Source of the DNA: Octopus vulgaris
Taxonomy: Eukaryota
DNA: 64,000 nucleotides
Assembly (NCBI GenBank): GCA_951406725.2
Contig: OX597832.1
Location: 27,528,001 to 27,592,000 of the forward strand
Direction: 5' to 3'
In this document: piece by piece, positions 30,580 to 46,050 of the stretch
How the letters are laid out: the number at the start of each line of letters is the position of its first letter
How positions within the stretch are numbered: the first letter of the stretch is position 1
Translations under genes and position numbers: made by a program
The notes under the pieces: generated by a model
Database searches by the model: none
What the model was told of the DNA's origin: nothing
Seen by the model: only the letters and a program-made list of their open reading frames with translations

Positions 30580-30817
30580 CTCTTTTAGTTGTTTCAGTTA
30601 TTTTGAATGCGGCCATGCTGGAGCACCGCCTTTAGTCGAGCAAATCGGCCCCAGGACTTATTCTTTGTAAGACTAGTACTTATTCTATCGGCCTCTTTTT
30701 ACCGAACCGCTAGGTTTCGGGGACGTAAACACACCACCATCAGTTGTCAAGCGATGTTGGGAGGACAAACAGACACACAAACATACACACACACACACAC
30801 ACATACATATATATATA

Positions 30818-30867
<50 letters not shown>

Positions 30868-31089
30868 GCGAGCTGGCAGAAACGTTAGCACGCCGGGCGA
30901 AATGCGTAGCCGTATTTCGTCTGCCGTTACGTCCTGAGTTCAAATTCCGCCGAGGTCGACTCTGCCTTTCATCCTTTCGGGGTCGATAAATTAAGTACCA
31001 GTTACGCACTGGGGTCGATGTAATCGATTTAATCCGTTTGTCCGTCATTGTTCGTCCCCTCTGTGTTTAGCTCCTTGTGGGTAGTAAAG

Positions 31090-31138
<49 letters not shown>

Positions 31139-31311
31139 TACATATATACGACGGGCTTCTTTCAGTTTCCGCCTACCAAGTCCACTCACAAGGCTTTGGT
31201 CGGCCCGGGGCCACAGCAGAAGACACTTGCCCAAGATGCCACGCAGTGGAACTGAACCCGGAACCATGTGTTTGGTAAGCAAGCTACTTACCACGCAGCC
31301 ACTCCTGCGCC
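30580..31311 (-). mobile_element. SINE family A (-) with a SINE family B (+, 30865-31093) nested in its internal microsatellite
   Basis: The A 3' module (30580-30790) and A 5' module (31148-31311) flank a complete B copy. Confidence 0.88.
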
Positions 31312-31671
31312 TTGTTTGTCATCTCAGTGCATCACGAGTCTTTCTTCGACATCCGGGAAATAAGATTATTTCGTACATCGTAAGAAGTAGACGAGAAAAC
31401 AATTGCGAAAGCAGAGCGTTTTAAAGGCCTTCTTTAAATCTTATTCAAACGAGGGTTTTCTTAACCGAGGGTTTTGACTAGCCCTCGCCGTGCTTTTCCA
31501 AGCCCCAGCTTGTTTCCCCGCTTCTCAAAAAACCGTCGTTCACTGTTATCTGATGAGCGAAGCAGAATCTCAGAATCTCTCGTTTTCCTCTTTCTTTCTT
31601 TCTTTCTTTCGTTCGATTATTTGGAATTTGCTCGCTGTTCTCTTGTCTGAGTCGATATTCTTACAATGGGA

Positions 31672-31703
<32 letters not shown>

Positions 31704-31801
31704 GAGTATTAGTAGCAGCAGCAACGGTGCCGGCGGCAACATCAGCAGCAGCAGCAGCAACAGTAGCGACGGTCACGTGATGTGTTGAAAGCTTACGTAT
31801 G

Positions 31802-31833
<32 letters not shown>

Positions 31834-31915
31834 AGTGAGTGTGTGTGTATGTGTTTGTATATGTGTTGTGTTGGCGTACCTGCGTGAATGTATATGCATG
31901 TGCATGTATATGATT

Positions 31916-31991
<76 letters not shown>

Positions 31992-32283
31992 TGTGTGGAT
32001 GTATATGTATGTATATGTGTATACATAATATGTATGTATATATATATGTGGGTGTGTACGTATGTGTGTGTTTGTGCATACATATATATTTATATGTATG
32101 GATATATATATATATATATATACATATATGTCTGCATATGTGTATGCGTGTGTGTGTGTGTATGTGTGTGTGTGTTGTGTGTGTATGTGTTTGTGTATTT
32201 GTAAGTGTGTGTATGTGTGTATGTGTTTGTGTGCGTGTGTTTGTGTGAAGTGGATTACATAACCAGGTCTAATGGTTTCCATT

Positions 32284-32342
<59 letters not shown>

Positions 32343-32449
32343 CCGTTCCTTTCATCTGTTGGCGTTAAAAACTATCAACGTCAGCAAAAGGTTCGTCGAA
32401 CAAAACATTTGGATCTGTTTATGCGGAGCCGCTTATCGCCGGAATGTGT

Positions 32450-33903
32450 CAACTACACACACACGCACACACATAGACACACACACACACACACCCACAT
32501 ACACACACACGCTCGCACATGCACACACATGCACGCATACATACACCCATATATACACCCCCACACACACAGATACGCTTAGAGACCCACAACCACCCAC
32601 ACACACGCACATGCATACACACGCATACACACCCACACCCACACCCACACACGCATATACACGAATAGAGACACACACACTCACACACCCACACATACAG
32701 ACCCACAACCACCCACACACATACATACACACGCAAACACACCCACGCACACATGCACACACATACACACCTACACACACACGTGCGCACGCACACATAC
32801 ATACACGCGCACATACACACACATACACATCCACATCCACATACACACATAAACACGCACATATACACACACATACACACATATACACGAAAAACATCTA
32901 TATACACACACACCGAGACACATACACACACATACACATACACACATACACACAGACATACGCAGGCAGATACGCACACACACATTTACGTGAATCGATG
33001 TGTGTATATATATGCATACGTACAAACGTCTATACATTATACGTGTGTGTTGTGTGTGTGCTTGTGTGTGCGCGTCGATGTGTGTGGGTATGTGTGTATG
33101 TCTTGCGTGTGTATGTCGGCACGTGTGTATGTATAATCTCTGTTCAAAATCTTGGTATATTTCTAAATTTCAATCACACACACACACAAGCAGACAATTA
33201 CACAGAGGCACACACACGCACACACATATACACCTACGCGCACACACACACACACACATAGAGGCGCCGCACACACACTTACATCTACAAGCACACACGG
33301 ACACACGTCGACGCATGCGTAATCGCCCGCATACAAACACGTGTACTCGTAGAGGCACATATTTACACTTATGCACACGCACACACACACACACACATAT
33401 ACACACGCATACACACACACACACACACACACATACTCACACACATGCACATTCACATACACACCATCACACGCATACACACATGCACACACATACACGC
33501 ACTATACACGCACACACACACACATACACACACACATAAACACGCACATACACACACACACAATTACATGCACCCAAAATACACACATACATGAAAGCAC
33601 ACCTATACACACACATACACACTCAAACACAGGCACATACCTCCCCCCGTCCGCTCGCACACACAGTCACACGCTTACAAATACATGCACACATAGAAGC
33701 GCATATATACCCTTATATACACACACAAACAATTACACACGCACACAGGCACGCATACATACACATGCATTCGCAGGAACACGCACACACACACACACAC
33801 ACTCACACATGAACGCGCAGGAACACGCACACATACACACGGACAAGAGCATACTTACACACAATCACATACAACCAAATACACCTACACACGTACACAC
33901 ATG

Positions 33904-33970
<67 letters not shown>
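32450..33970. repeat. ~1.5 kb degenerate (CA)-rich low-complexity tract
   Basis: Directly visible; produces spurious His/Thr ORFs. Confidence 0.9.
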
Positions 33971-33971
<1 letters not shown>

Positions 33972-34347
33972 TAGCATCTGAATTGCTAATATGAAGAATT
34001 AGTGGAGAGGAGTCGCAGAGCAAATGAAGAAAGAGACGACAGATGGAACGTTTCTCTTGCGTTCTTTACACCGAAATATAACTCGAAAACAGTCAATATG
34101 ATTCTTAATTTGTAAAGACATCGATCCCACGAGGAAATAGGAGTCGCTAGATAGACTAGAACCTGTGGCGTAACCCTACACCCACTCTAAAAGGCAAATG
34201 AATTTAAATCCAATATGGCCGAATTTAGACATTGAAATAATATTTCGAATTATAGAAATATGATATCTGATGGCAGAATCTAGCAGGAAAATCTATTTCT
34301 ATCGAAGCATTTTTTATAAACATGTGTAAAGCTATTTCATTGTGCAT

Positions 34348-34525
<178 letters not shown>

Positions 34526-34570
34526 GTGTGTGCGCGCGCGTGTGTGTGCGTATATGTATGTACATATATA

Positions 34571-34646
<76 letters not shown>

Positions 34647-34724
34647 CTATCTACCTATATATATCTATATATTATATATATATAGATAGATAGCAACAAC
34701 AGCAATATATCAATAACAACAACA

Positions 34725-34779
<55 letters not shown>

Positions 34780-35088
34780 GTAGTAGTAGTAGTAGTAGTA
34801 ACTCCGACAGCGCATTTGCAATCAGAATTAAAACTGCATTATCATCATCATCATCATCATCATCATCGTCATCATCATCATCATTATCAAAAACAACAAC
34901 AACAACTATAGATGCAACAATCACAGCGACAGCAGTTCACTTAAAACGCTTTCATACAAAAAAAAAACAAGAAGTCTTCAATGCCGAGATGTCATCACCA
35001 ATATAAATCAAATTCCCTCAGGTTCAAACGAAAGGGATGTTGTGGCCTTCATGCTTTTTTCCAATCGCATTATTTTCATAAATCTTAA

Positions 35089-35295
35089 GGCGGTGAGCTA
35101 ACTGAATCGTTACCGCACCGGACAAAATGCTGAGCGGGATTTCGTCCGTCCTTACGTTCTGAGCTCAAACACCACCGAGGTCGACTTTGCCTTTCATCCT
35201 TTCAGGGTTAATGCGTACCAGCTGAGCACTAGGGTGATCTAATCGGCTACTGCCCCCTCCCCACAAAATTTCGAGCCTTGCGCCTATCGTGAAAA
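35089..35295 (+). mobile_element. SINE family B, older copy with the alternative tail (similar fragment at 36685-36840)
   Basis: Central block GAGGTCGACTTTGCCTTTCATCCTTTC plus ccctcccc..aaaatttc..gccttg tail. Confidence 0.75.
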
Positions 35296-35917
35296 CGATA
35301 ATTTTCATTATTTCTCATTTAACCCAAATCTGACCGTCCCCACGGAATGGTTATGTAATTAAGAACTTCATTTCACATCGACGATTCGAGATTCGATCCC
35401 AGTACGAAGAACAAGAGTATTTTCCAGCATAGCTACAGATCGACCATAGTCTTGTAAGAGAAATTTAGAAATGCGGTGGCTACATGGAAGCTTAGAGAAG
35501 GACCATAACGATTCTTTAATGATAGACTTCATCCGTTACACTGTGGCGAGAATTCGAGTAAGGCCCCTATTTAGAGGCTCCTTCCTCCTTTATTACGAAC
35601 AGTACTAGAAGCCCTGAAGAAAGAAGCCATGAGACAAAATGGCGTCATATTTGTTGCTATTTGATCCTGTCACACCATCAGCCAGACGTTGCAATTCTGT
35701 GTGATCTCACCTCCATTGCTAACGGGAACAGGGAAGCGTTTGTGCTCTGGTCAAGGACAAACAAAGCCACATAACTAAAAGAGGTGAGAACATTATCATA
35801 GTAATTTCTTTCCATGTTAGTAGGACAGTGGTGTATAGATCGATAGATACAAGGATCTATAAGTTAATCGAGACACATATAGATTGGCTGATAGATAGAT
35901 AAATAGATAGATAGATT

Positions 35918-36058
<141 letters not shown>

Positions 36059-36060
36059 TG

Positions 36061-36155
<95 letters not shown>

Positions 36156-37156
36156 GGGTGGATAAAATAAAACACGTAATACAAAGTTTATCAGATATGT
36201 CGTCAACCATTAGTTATCTGTGAGCGAATACCAAGCGAAGTAATGCAAATATAGCGACGCCATTACTTTTCGTTTTATTTCATGAAAATATCTGTAGCAG
36301 ACGATCTAAAAATAGCGCCATTTTGTTTCACTGAATCAATGACTTTGAAGGGCGATACACTTGGAAATATATAAGGATTCTTCTGAAAATTGTAGAATAA
36401 ATATAGACAGACACAAACGCAAACACACACGCAAATACTCACACATATGCATGCATACACACATACATATACACGCACAAATGCTAACACAAACACACAT
36501 CGCACACACATGCTATACACGTACACACATACATACATATATTACTGCATAGAGAAAAGAGAGTCAACGAGAGAGCCTCTATGTAGTTTCTCCACTTGCT
36601 AGAAACAGCAGCCAAATCTCAATCAAATCACATCCCACTGTTTTAAAATATTATACATGTGTATGCATGTATAATAGCGACACTTAGTCCGTCTTTACGT
36701 TCTGAGTTCAAATTCTGCCGAGGTCGACTTTGTCTTTCATCCTTTCGGGGTCAATATAATATGTACCAATGGAGTACTGCGGTTGATATAATCGACCAGC
36801 ACCCTCCCTTGGAATTTCTGACCTTGTGCCAAAATTTAAACCGAACGTAAGAATCTAAATCATAACCATTCTTTTCCTATGATATCCATGAAATCCGTAA
36901 CTCGCATCTGGCAATCTTTTCGATTCCTCCATTCATACAGACCAAAACTCGAACATCGACTTCAAAGTGAAAGAATTGCGCCATTTTCTTTTCTCTTTAT
37001 GTATGGCACTTAATAAAGCCCTTCACTTCCAATAAAGCATAGGACATCGATGACGTCCCTCCAATGTTCTTGGGTTCTTTATTGTCTTTTATGCTTCTCT
37101 CCAGTTAAATTCTTACTTTTTCATCTTTGTAATTTCCTTACGGATTTTGCTGCACT

Positions 37157-37327
37157 GCGCAGGAGTGGCTGTGTGGTAAGTAGCTTGCTTACCAACCACA
37201 TGGTTCCGAGTTCAGTCCCACCGCGTATCACCTTGCGCAGGTGTCTTTCTACTATAACCTCGGACCGACCAAAGCCTTGTGAGTGGATTTGGTAGACGGA
37301 AACTGAAAGAAGCGCGTCGCATACATG

Positions 37328-37391
<64 letters not shown>

Positions 37392-37590
37392 TGTGTCTGT
37401 GTTTGTCTCCCTCCACCCACCAACATCGTTTGACAACCGATACTGGTGTGTTTACGTCCCTGTAGCGTAGCGGTTCGGCAAAAAGAGACCGATGGAATAA
37501 GTACTAGGCTTACAAAGAATAAGTCCTGGGGTCGATTTGCTCGACTACAGGCGATGCTTCAGCATGGCCGCAGTCAAATGAGTAAAAGAG
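37157..37590 (+). mobile_element. SINE family A, full length
   Basis: Head-to-tail match to the other A copies. Confidence 0.88.
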
Positions 37591-37864
37591 TATATGTTTC
37601 CCTAAGGGAAGTTTTCCGTTCCCTAAAGACAGGTTTTCCTTGGTCATCAGTACTTTTGTAACTTTTCTTTTTGTAAATAGGGATGTTGGCCCTATGAAGA
37701 CTCATTTCTATCTCTGGAAAGAGGTGGTCCATAGCGTGACCTCTTTCTTTTGATCTATTCAGCGCGGGAGCTATACCAAGAGCTTGTTCTCCGCTGGAAT
37801 AGCTCTCAGGGTCATTGAGGTACACAAGCACACAAACGCTGGACATTGTTGTGGTTTATAAAAG

Positions 37865-38200
37865 GTGATTTTCTTAAATTAAGCAGAATCTGGAAAGCTG
37901 ACAAGATGAGTAAGAAAGCTGACAAAATCCATCTTTTGTCAAGTTTTATCTTCCCTAGGCTTCTGAATGGCCGAGAGTCATGGCCTCTGACTAAGACAAG
38001 AGAGAATGAATCGAACGACTTCCGGCAAAGATGTTTGTATAAGATACATCAGATTTCCTCCAGAGACTCTGTCACCAACCTGGAAATACGAAGGAGATTA
38101 AGGTTCTTATGCATGTTTAATCAGTTGGCAGCCGATAGGAGGATGAAGCAGCTTGAGAATGAGATCAGGATATATTCTTCTCGACTTCCACATCAATTTC
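37865..38200 (+). mobile_element. Decayed RTE-clade LINE fragment (post-RT C-terminal region)
   Basis: FLKLSRIWK...KIHLLSSFIFPRLLNGRESWPLTK...FRQRCLYKIHQISSRDSVTNLEIRRR...RRMKQL...RLPHQ matches the RTE pattern LLYGxESWxL...RCLRxIxxIxWxDxVTNxE. Confidence 0.8.
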
Positions 38201-38330
38201 ACCAGCGTCCCAGGATCTCCAGAGTCCCAGGAGGAAAAGGCGTCCGACGTAGAAATGTCTTTATACATACATTATGTTTATCTATGCAGTCAACATCTAC
38301 GCATTGTGTCCATCTATCTAATCAGCAATA

Positions 38331-38702
38331 TACAAGAGGGGTGCTGATAGGTTCCTGGCTCTGGGTAAGAGAAAATGCAGGAGGATCAATTATGATTTCC
38401 TTCCACATATTCCCCTCTAAGATTCACACACTTATTGCAGCGGTCCTTCAGTTTTTCTAAATCATGTTAAAAAACTCGAAAGAGATAGAAATGACTCTTC
38501 ATAGGGCCAACATCCCTATTTACAAAAAGAAAAGTTACAAAAGTACTGATGACCAAGGAAAACCTGTCTTTAGGGAACGGAAAACTTCCCTTAGGGAAAC
38601 ATATACTCTTTTACTCATTTGACTGCGGCCATGTTGGAGCACCGCCTTTCGAGTTCTTTCACGACACCCTTAAAGCCAGGAACTTTTCAGCACCTCTTCG
38701 TA
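38331..38702. mobile_element. Tc1/mariner-type MITE with captured filler DNA
   Basis: Imperfect TIRs TACAAGAGGGGTGCTGATAGGTTCCTGGCT / AGCCAGGAACTTTTCAGCACCTCTTCGTA, flanked by TA. Confidence 0.7.
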
Positions 38703-38879
38703 TAGACAGTGTCTATCCACTCAACATCTATAGACTTTGTCTATCTCTCCGGTCTAACTACAGTATCTGTCTATCCGATTGCCATCTACTGTGTTTATCT
38801 AATCACCATTTACACATTATGCCTACCTTTCTCGTCAACATCTATGTAGTGCATCTCTCCAGCCGCCATCTACACACTG

Positions 38880-38955
<76 letters not shown>

Positions 38956-39386
38956 ACGTCTTCCCCTACACACAGTGTCTATATATCCACACTTTACATA
39001 CACTCTGTATTTATCTAATCTACATTTACAACAATTAATAACTTAACCAGAGCTGATTTATCAAAGTGATACGGAATACAAAACCACTTCTGCCCCTTCT
39101 TTTATTCGGTAATTAGGTATAAGTTCATTAATACGGAAACTGTTTAATGATTTCCAGTAAAACTCGGAGATAGTGGTACCTTAACTATCTTTATCTGATA
39201 CCGTCATGCCATAATCGACCATAAATTCCTGAAAACAAAACCGAAACAAAAAAATGGAAGAATTATCGAAATTTCTATTGATATAGGAATGATGGTTATC
39301 ACTTTCTATTAATTCTCATTTAAAAGACTGGATAATATATACACTTATACACACGCGCACACACACATATATATATTCCTATATAC

Positions 39387-39537
<151 letters not shown>

Positions 39538-39621
39538 TCTACATATTTGTCTATATATATACATGCACACACACACACATGTAATGGGTATCTATACTTA
39601 AATATAGGAATATGTATACAC

Positions 39622-39664
<43 letters not shown>

Positions 39665-39998
39665 ACATACATATATATATATATATGTGTGTATGTATGT
39701 ATATGTATATATGTGTGTGTGTGTGTGTGTAGGTATGTATGTATGTATGTATGCATGTATGTATGTATTTGTCTACATATACGCGCATACACCGAGAAAC
39801 CAACACGAACATCCGAAACCAAGTAAAAGTCGAAATGGAGAATAAATTAATTAAGACGGTTTTTATTCTATTATAATGAGAGAAATGGAGAAATATATTC
39901 TCTGCCTGTTGTTGATAAGTTGATTTGACTGTGACAAGTCTGGTCGACCAGATAAAATTACTGTTCACGATAAAATGGCTTCAATTTTGCGATGCTGA

Positions 39999-40066
<68 letters not shown>

Positions 40067-40120
40067 GGGTTTTCTATTGTGTACGCATTTGTGCTTGAGT
40101 ATCTTAGATGTGTGTGTGTG

Positions 40121-40222
<102 letters not shown>

Positions 40223-40485
40223 AAGCGAGACAGCCATAAAACAGGGTGTATAAAAAATATACAGTTGTGACAAATATAGGATGCAGCTAGCACGAAGTCT
40301 TATCCAGTGAAAATGGTCGCAGTTCTAAATGTATTCCCACCGAAGATGCTTGAGAAGGATTCTGAGAATATACTGGCAAGACCACTTTAACCAACGAAGA
40401 CATTCTAAAGAAAACCAAAAGAAAGCCAAAACCCGGCCACATTAACGGAATCATCACACAATGAAAATTAAAACTAGAACGTCTA

Positions 40486-40724
40486 CTCTTTACTCTTTCT
40501 CTCTCTTTTACTCTTTTACTTGCTTCAGTCATTTGACTGCGGCCATGCTGGAGCACCGACTTTAGTCGAGCAACTCGACCCCGGGACTTATTCTTTTTGT
40601 AAGCCCAGTACTTATTCTATCGGTCTCTTTTGCCGAACCGCTAAGTGACGGGGACGTAAACACACCAGCATCGGTTGTCAAGCAATGCTAGGGGGACAAA
40701 CACAGACACACAAACAAACACACT

Positions 40725-40768
<44 letters not shown>

Positions 40769-40931
40769 TACGACAGGCTTCTTTCAGTTTCCGTCTACCA
40801 AATCCACTCACAAGGCATTGGTCGGCCCGGGGCTATAGCAGAAGACACTTGCCCAAGATGCCACGCAGTGGGACTGAACCCAGAACCATGTGGTTGGTTA
40901 GCAAGCTACTTACCACACAGCCAATCCTGCC
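40486..40931 (-). mobile_element. SINE family A, full length
   Basis: Reverse-complement head-to-tail match. Confidence 0.88.
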
Positions 40932-41037
40932 ACAACATTATAAAATAGTTTTCAAATGGATACCATCGGGAGAAAAAAAAACGAAGTTTAGGACGTCGGG
41001 TAGAATGTGGTGTAGCGTTTGTTCCCTATTTCTAGAC

Positions 41038-41240
41038 CAGGGATTCTCAACCATTTTTAACTCTGGACCCCTTTGGTTACTATTTCATTCTGGTGCCCCC
41101 TCGCCCATAACCATTTGATGTTCAAAAACTAGTTTTATAGAAACTTCTTCCAAAATTCCTATTTTGCTTTCCACACATTAACTTGCGTGAGTTGAACTCT
41201 GTAAAATGTTAGAGAAAGAAACCTCACTGCTTCTTACAAT
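41038..41240. mobile_element. hAT (Charlie-like) element end, truncated
   Basis: TTCTAGAC|CAGGGATTCTCAACC: Charlie-type target site plus TIR start; no partner end found. Confidence 0.45.
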
Positions 41241-41513
41241 ACATCTAAAACAAAATGTTTTCAGGGTGTGTGTTTTCTTTGTCAATATGCGTATGTAGTA
41301 AGAGAGTATTATTAGACATCACCAAGTTATGTAAAACCCCAAATTGTTAAAAATACGCAGATTTCGTATTCCATTGCGCAATACAAACACATACATATAT
41401 ATTTATACACACACACATATATAACACGGAGCGGTTGTGAAAATGCCCTAATAACCCATAGGCGAACAAACATGAGCGATGGGAGGAGTCTGGTTCCACT
41501 CCACACATGTACG

Positions 41514-41548
<35 letters not shown>

Positions 41549-41864
41549 ACATAAACACGAACATACGAACGCACATGCGTATACGCAATCACATACAAAG
41601 ACAAACACACGGGCACAATTTCGAAGCTGTCACATCGTGTTTACTAAAGATGTCTAAAGATAGATAATTGCTAACGGTCTTATGATGATGATGGTGATGA
41701 TGATGATGATGATGGTTTGGTGGTGGTTGCAATGGTGATGGCGATGGTGTTAATGTCTGTTGCGTTAGAGACTTGCGGACGGTTTGATCGAAAGTGGTTT
41801 GGACTGTAAGGTGTGTGCTCGCATACACACACACACACATACATTACGTATTTATGTATATATG

Positions 41865-41952
<88 letters not shown>

Positions 41953-42104
41953 ATGTAGTTATGTATATGTGTATATAACTATACACACACACAGACATAC
42001 ATGTTTGTATACATACGTCTATATGTGTGTGAGTGTTTATGTGTATGTATATATATATATATATATATATACACGCATAAGTACATACATACATACATAC
42101 ATAC

Positions 42105-42143
<39 letters not shown>

Positions 42144-42916
42144 TGTGTGTGTGCGTGTGCGCGTGTGTGTGTGGTTCTGTGCGTCTGTGATTCTGTTTGT
42201 GTATGGCTGGAAATGACCGACAAATCAATCAGTCGGAACATACATCGTTATCAATAAAACTCCCGCCAACCGTTACCATGTCCACCACCTCCTCCTCCTT
42301 CTTCTTCTTCTTCTTCTTCTTCTTCTTCTTCTTCTTCTTCTTCTTCCTCCTCTTCTTCTTCTTCTTCTTCTTCTTCTTCTTCTTCTTCTTCTTCTTCTTC
42401 TATCCCTTCTTCTTCAATTTCTCTATCTTTCCCCATTTCTAAACGAATCAATGGCGACTGTTTACTGGCAGCCATTTTTACCTCTTTTCGTTTTCTCCTT
42501 CATTTATTTATAGTTCACGACACTGCACACTCGTCAAGTCAGCCGTGACATACCAGTAGGAATCGCCGTAACACATCGTGCTGTTATATTTCCTCTCTAC
42601 AGCCATTCTTTCCTTAAATTCGCTTCCCTGATATTATGACATAACCGAGACTTTGTCGGGGGTTTGTTGGAGGCCATAATTTCCCACTATTTGCAGTTTT
42701 TTTACTACTTTCACTTTGACATTTTTATCCCTCTTTCTCCCTCTTTTTCTTTCTTTCTCTCTCTCATTCTCTTCTTTTCTCTCTCCCTTTCTCTTACTCT
42801 CTTCTTTCTCCCTCTCGCTATCCTCTCTTTGTCTATCGCTCTGTCCAATTCCTTATCTGCTCTCCCTCACCACGCCTGTATCTATCTCTCTATGTCTCTC
42901 TCTTACACTCTCTCCC

Positions 42917-43139
42917 TCTTTTACTTGTTTCAGTCATTTGACTGCGGCCATGCTAGTAAACTGCCTTTTGTCGAGCAAATCGACCCCAGGACTTATTCTT
43001 TGTAAGCCTAGTACTTATTCTATCGGCCTCTTTTGCCGAACCGCTAGGTTACGGCGACGTAAACACACCAGCATCGGTTTTCAAGCGATGTTGAGGGGGG
43101 GACAAACATAGACACACAAACATAGACACACAAACACAT

Positions 43140-43170
<31 letters not shown>

Positions 43171-43330
43171 CGACGGGCTTCTTTCAGTTTCCGTCTACCA
43201 AATCCACTCACACGGCTTTGGTCGACCCGAGGCTATAGTAGAAGACACTTGCCCAAGGTGCCACGCAGTGGGACTGAACCGGAACCATGTGGTTGGTAAA
43301 CAAGCTACTTACCACACAGCCGCTCTTACG
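42917..43330 (-). mobile_element. SINE family A, full length
   Basis: Reverse-complement match. Confidence 0.88.
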
Positions 43331-43994
43331 CTGATCAGTCTTTTAAAACAAATTATTCCCGGTATATCTACAACTTCGAAGTAGCGAAAAACATGAAAAG
43401 GGGTACGACACAGCTTTCTTTAAATATATTTGAACCCTAAAGAACACAAATCCCACCACTTTTACAATTCAAAGACCAATTCTCGCATTCAACTTCACTA
43501 TATACATCTGTTATTTTTCACTCCCAACTGTGCTCCTTTCTCTGACTTACATCGAAAATTACCTTCTTGAACGGGAGACCTACATTTCTCAAATTATATT
43601 GCCCTTACATTCTTTCAATTCTAGAATTTTTTTAAAAATCTGAACACACATATAAAATTTTTTATTCCATTCTTCATTATTCGTCAAATTATTTGCAACG
43701 CGAAAACCACAAATCGAAGTAAGAGTTTGTGAAGATACGGTTTTCAACAAATAAATCACTCTGCTTATAGCGCCAAGTACTTTCTCTCTCTCTCTCTCTC
43801 TTTTTTTTTTTTTGTTTACATTCACGTGTACCTACATACATAGCTGTCTGTCTGTCTGTCTATTTATCTATCTATCTATACTATCTTTCTTTCTATCTAT
43901 CTATCTTTCTATCAACCAACCTACCTACCTAGCTGCTTATCTACCTACATCTATCTACCTACATATATGTATATGTGTGTACGTACATGTGCAC

Positions 43995-44042
<48 letters not shown>

Positions 44043-44172
44043 ATATATATACATATATATATATATATATACATACACATAGACATACATTCATATATAT
44101 ATACATGTGTACGTACAGACATACACATGCACACACACATATAGTTATCTGAGTGTGTGAGTTAATATATAA

Positions 44173-44217
<45 letters not shown>

Positions 44218-44886
44218 TACATACATTCATGACATACATATATACACATATACAAACATAGATGTGAGTGTATATATATATATATATATATATATAGCTA
44301 TATTCATGTGAACGGCCATATATATACGTATATATATATTTATTGATATATGTATGTAAGAAAATATATATAAATATATGTATACACACATGCATACATA
44401 TATACATACATACATACATACATACATATACACACGCACTTCAGTAAGTACTCTTTTATTAATTTCGTGCTTTCATTTTACTTTTCTTACTGACGCTGCT
44501 GTTGTTGTTGTTGTTATTTCTATCATTATCATTATCATCATCATCACCATCATCATCATCAGCAGCAGCAGCAGTACCACCACCACCACCACAGCCACCA
44601 CCTCTACATCCACCACCACCACCACCACCAAAACCACTACCAAAACTACCGCCACCATCACTATCACCATCATCAGCGTCATCCTTCTTCTTCTTCTTCT
44701 TCTTCTTCTTCTTCTTCTTCTTCTTCTTCTTCTTCTTCTTCTTCTTCTTCTTCGTCTTCTTCTTCTTCTTCTTCTTCGTCTTCTTCTTCTTCTTCTTCTT
44801 CTTCTTCTTCTTCTTCTTCTTCTTCTTCCCCTTCTTCTTCTTCTTCTTCTTCGTCTTCTTCTTCTTCTTCGTCTTCCTCCTCCTCC

Positions 44887-44917
<31 letters not shown>

Positions 44918-44923
44918 CTTCTT

Positions 44924-44984
<61 letters not shown>

Positions 44985-45101
44985 AACTACTACTACTTCT
45001 TCTTATTATTATTATTATTAATATTATCATCATCATCATTATTATCATTATTATTATTATTATTATTATTGTTATTAATATTATCATCATCATCATTATT
45101 A

Positions 45102-45142
<41 letters not shown>

Positions 45143-45330
45143 GTTATTATTATTATGTCTTTTTTCATTATTATTACATAATTCCTCCTTGAAGAACGTT
45201 CAGGCTGAACTAAGCTGCATCAGTTCCATTCCAACCGTCAAAGAAGCGAGAGTCTTTGAAAAGCTCAATTGCTCACCGATCGCTCCATGCAATTTCTTTA
45301 TAAACAAACTTTCTGGAGCATAGGGCTACG

Positions 45331-45390
<60 letters not shown>

Positions 45391-45471
45391 CACATATATA
45401 TATATATATATACGTGTTCATATATATACATATGTGTGTTTGCAATGCATTCATATATACTTATACGTAAA

Positions 45472-45518
<47 letters not shown>

Positions 45519-45815
45519 GTATGTATATTTACATATATATATATATAAATATACACACACACGTACATACATACACGCACGCACACATGCTCACGCACAC
45601 GGGAGCACTTACACACATATACATGTATATGGTAAACTTAAATATTAAGCTTTACTGAGATTTAAAGAAGACTGCAAACACATTCTTTCTAGACATAGTA
45701 TGATATGTGAGAAAAAAGAAGGAAGTCTCCTGATAGACAGTTTCACAGTTTGTTGGCCACTCCTCAGAGAAGGCATACCCGTCTCTTCCTTCCTTAGTTC
45801 TTCAGATATTTACTG

Positions 45816-45928
<113 letters not shown>

Positions 45929-45958
45929 CAGAGAGAGACAGAGAGACATACATACATA

Positions 45959-45989
<31 letters not shown>

Positions 45990-46004
45990 ATATATACAGA
46001 TGTG

Positions 46005-46050
<46 letters not shown>

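Noticed and set aside
31550-31570. CTGATGAGCGAAGCAGAA motif
   Set aside because: No GAAA core and no stems I or III.
38546-38570. CTGATGACCAAGGAAAACCTGTC hammerhead-like motif
   Set aside because: Stem I and stem III do not pair properly; likely chance.
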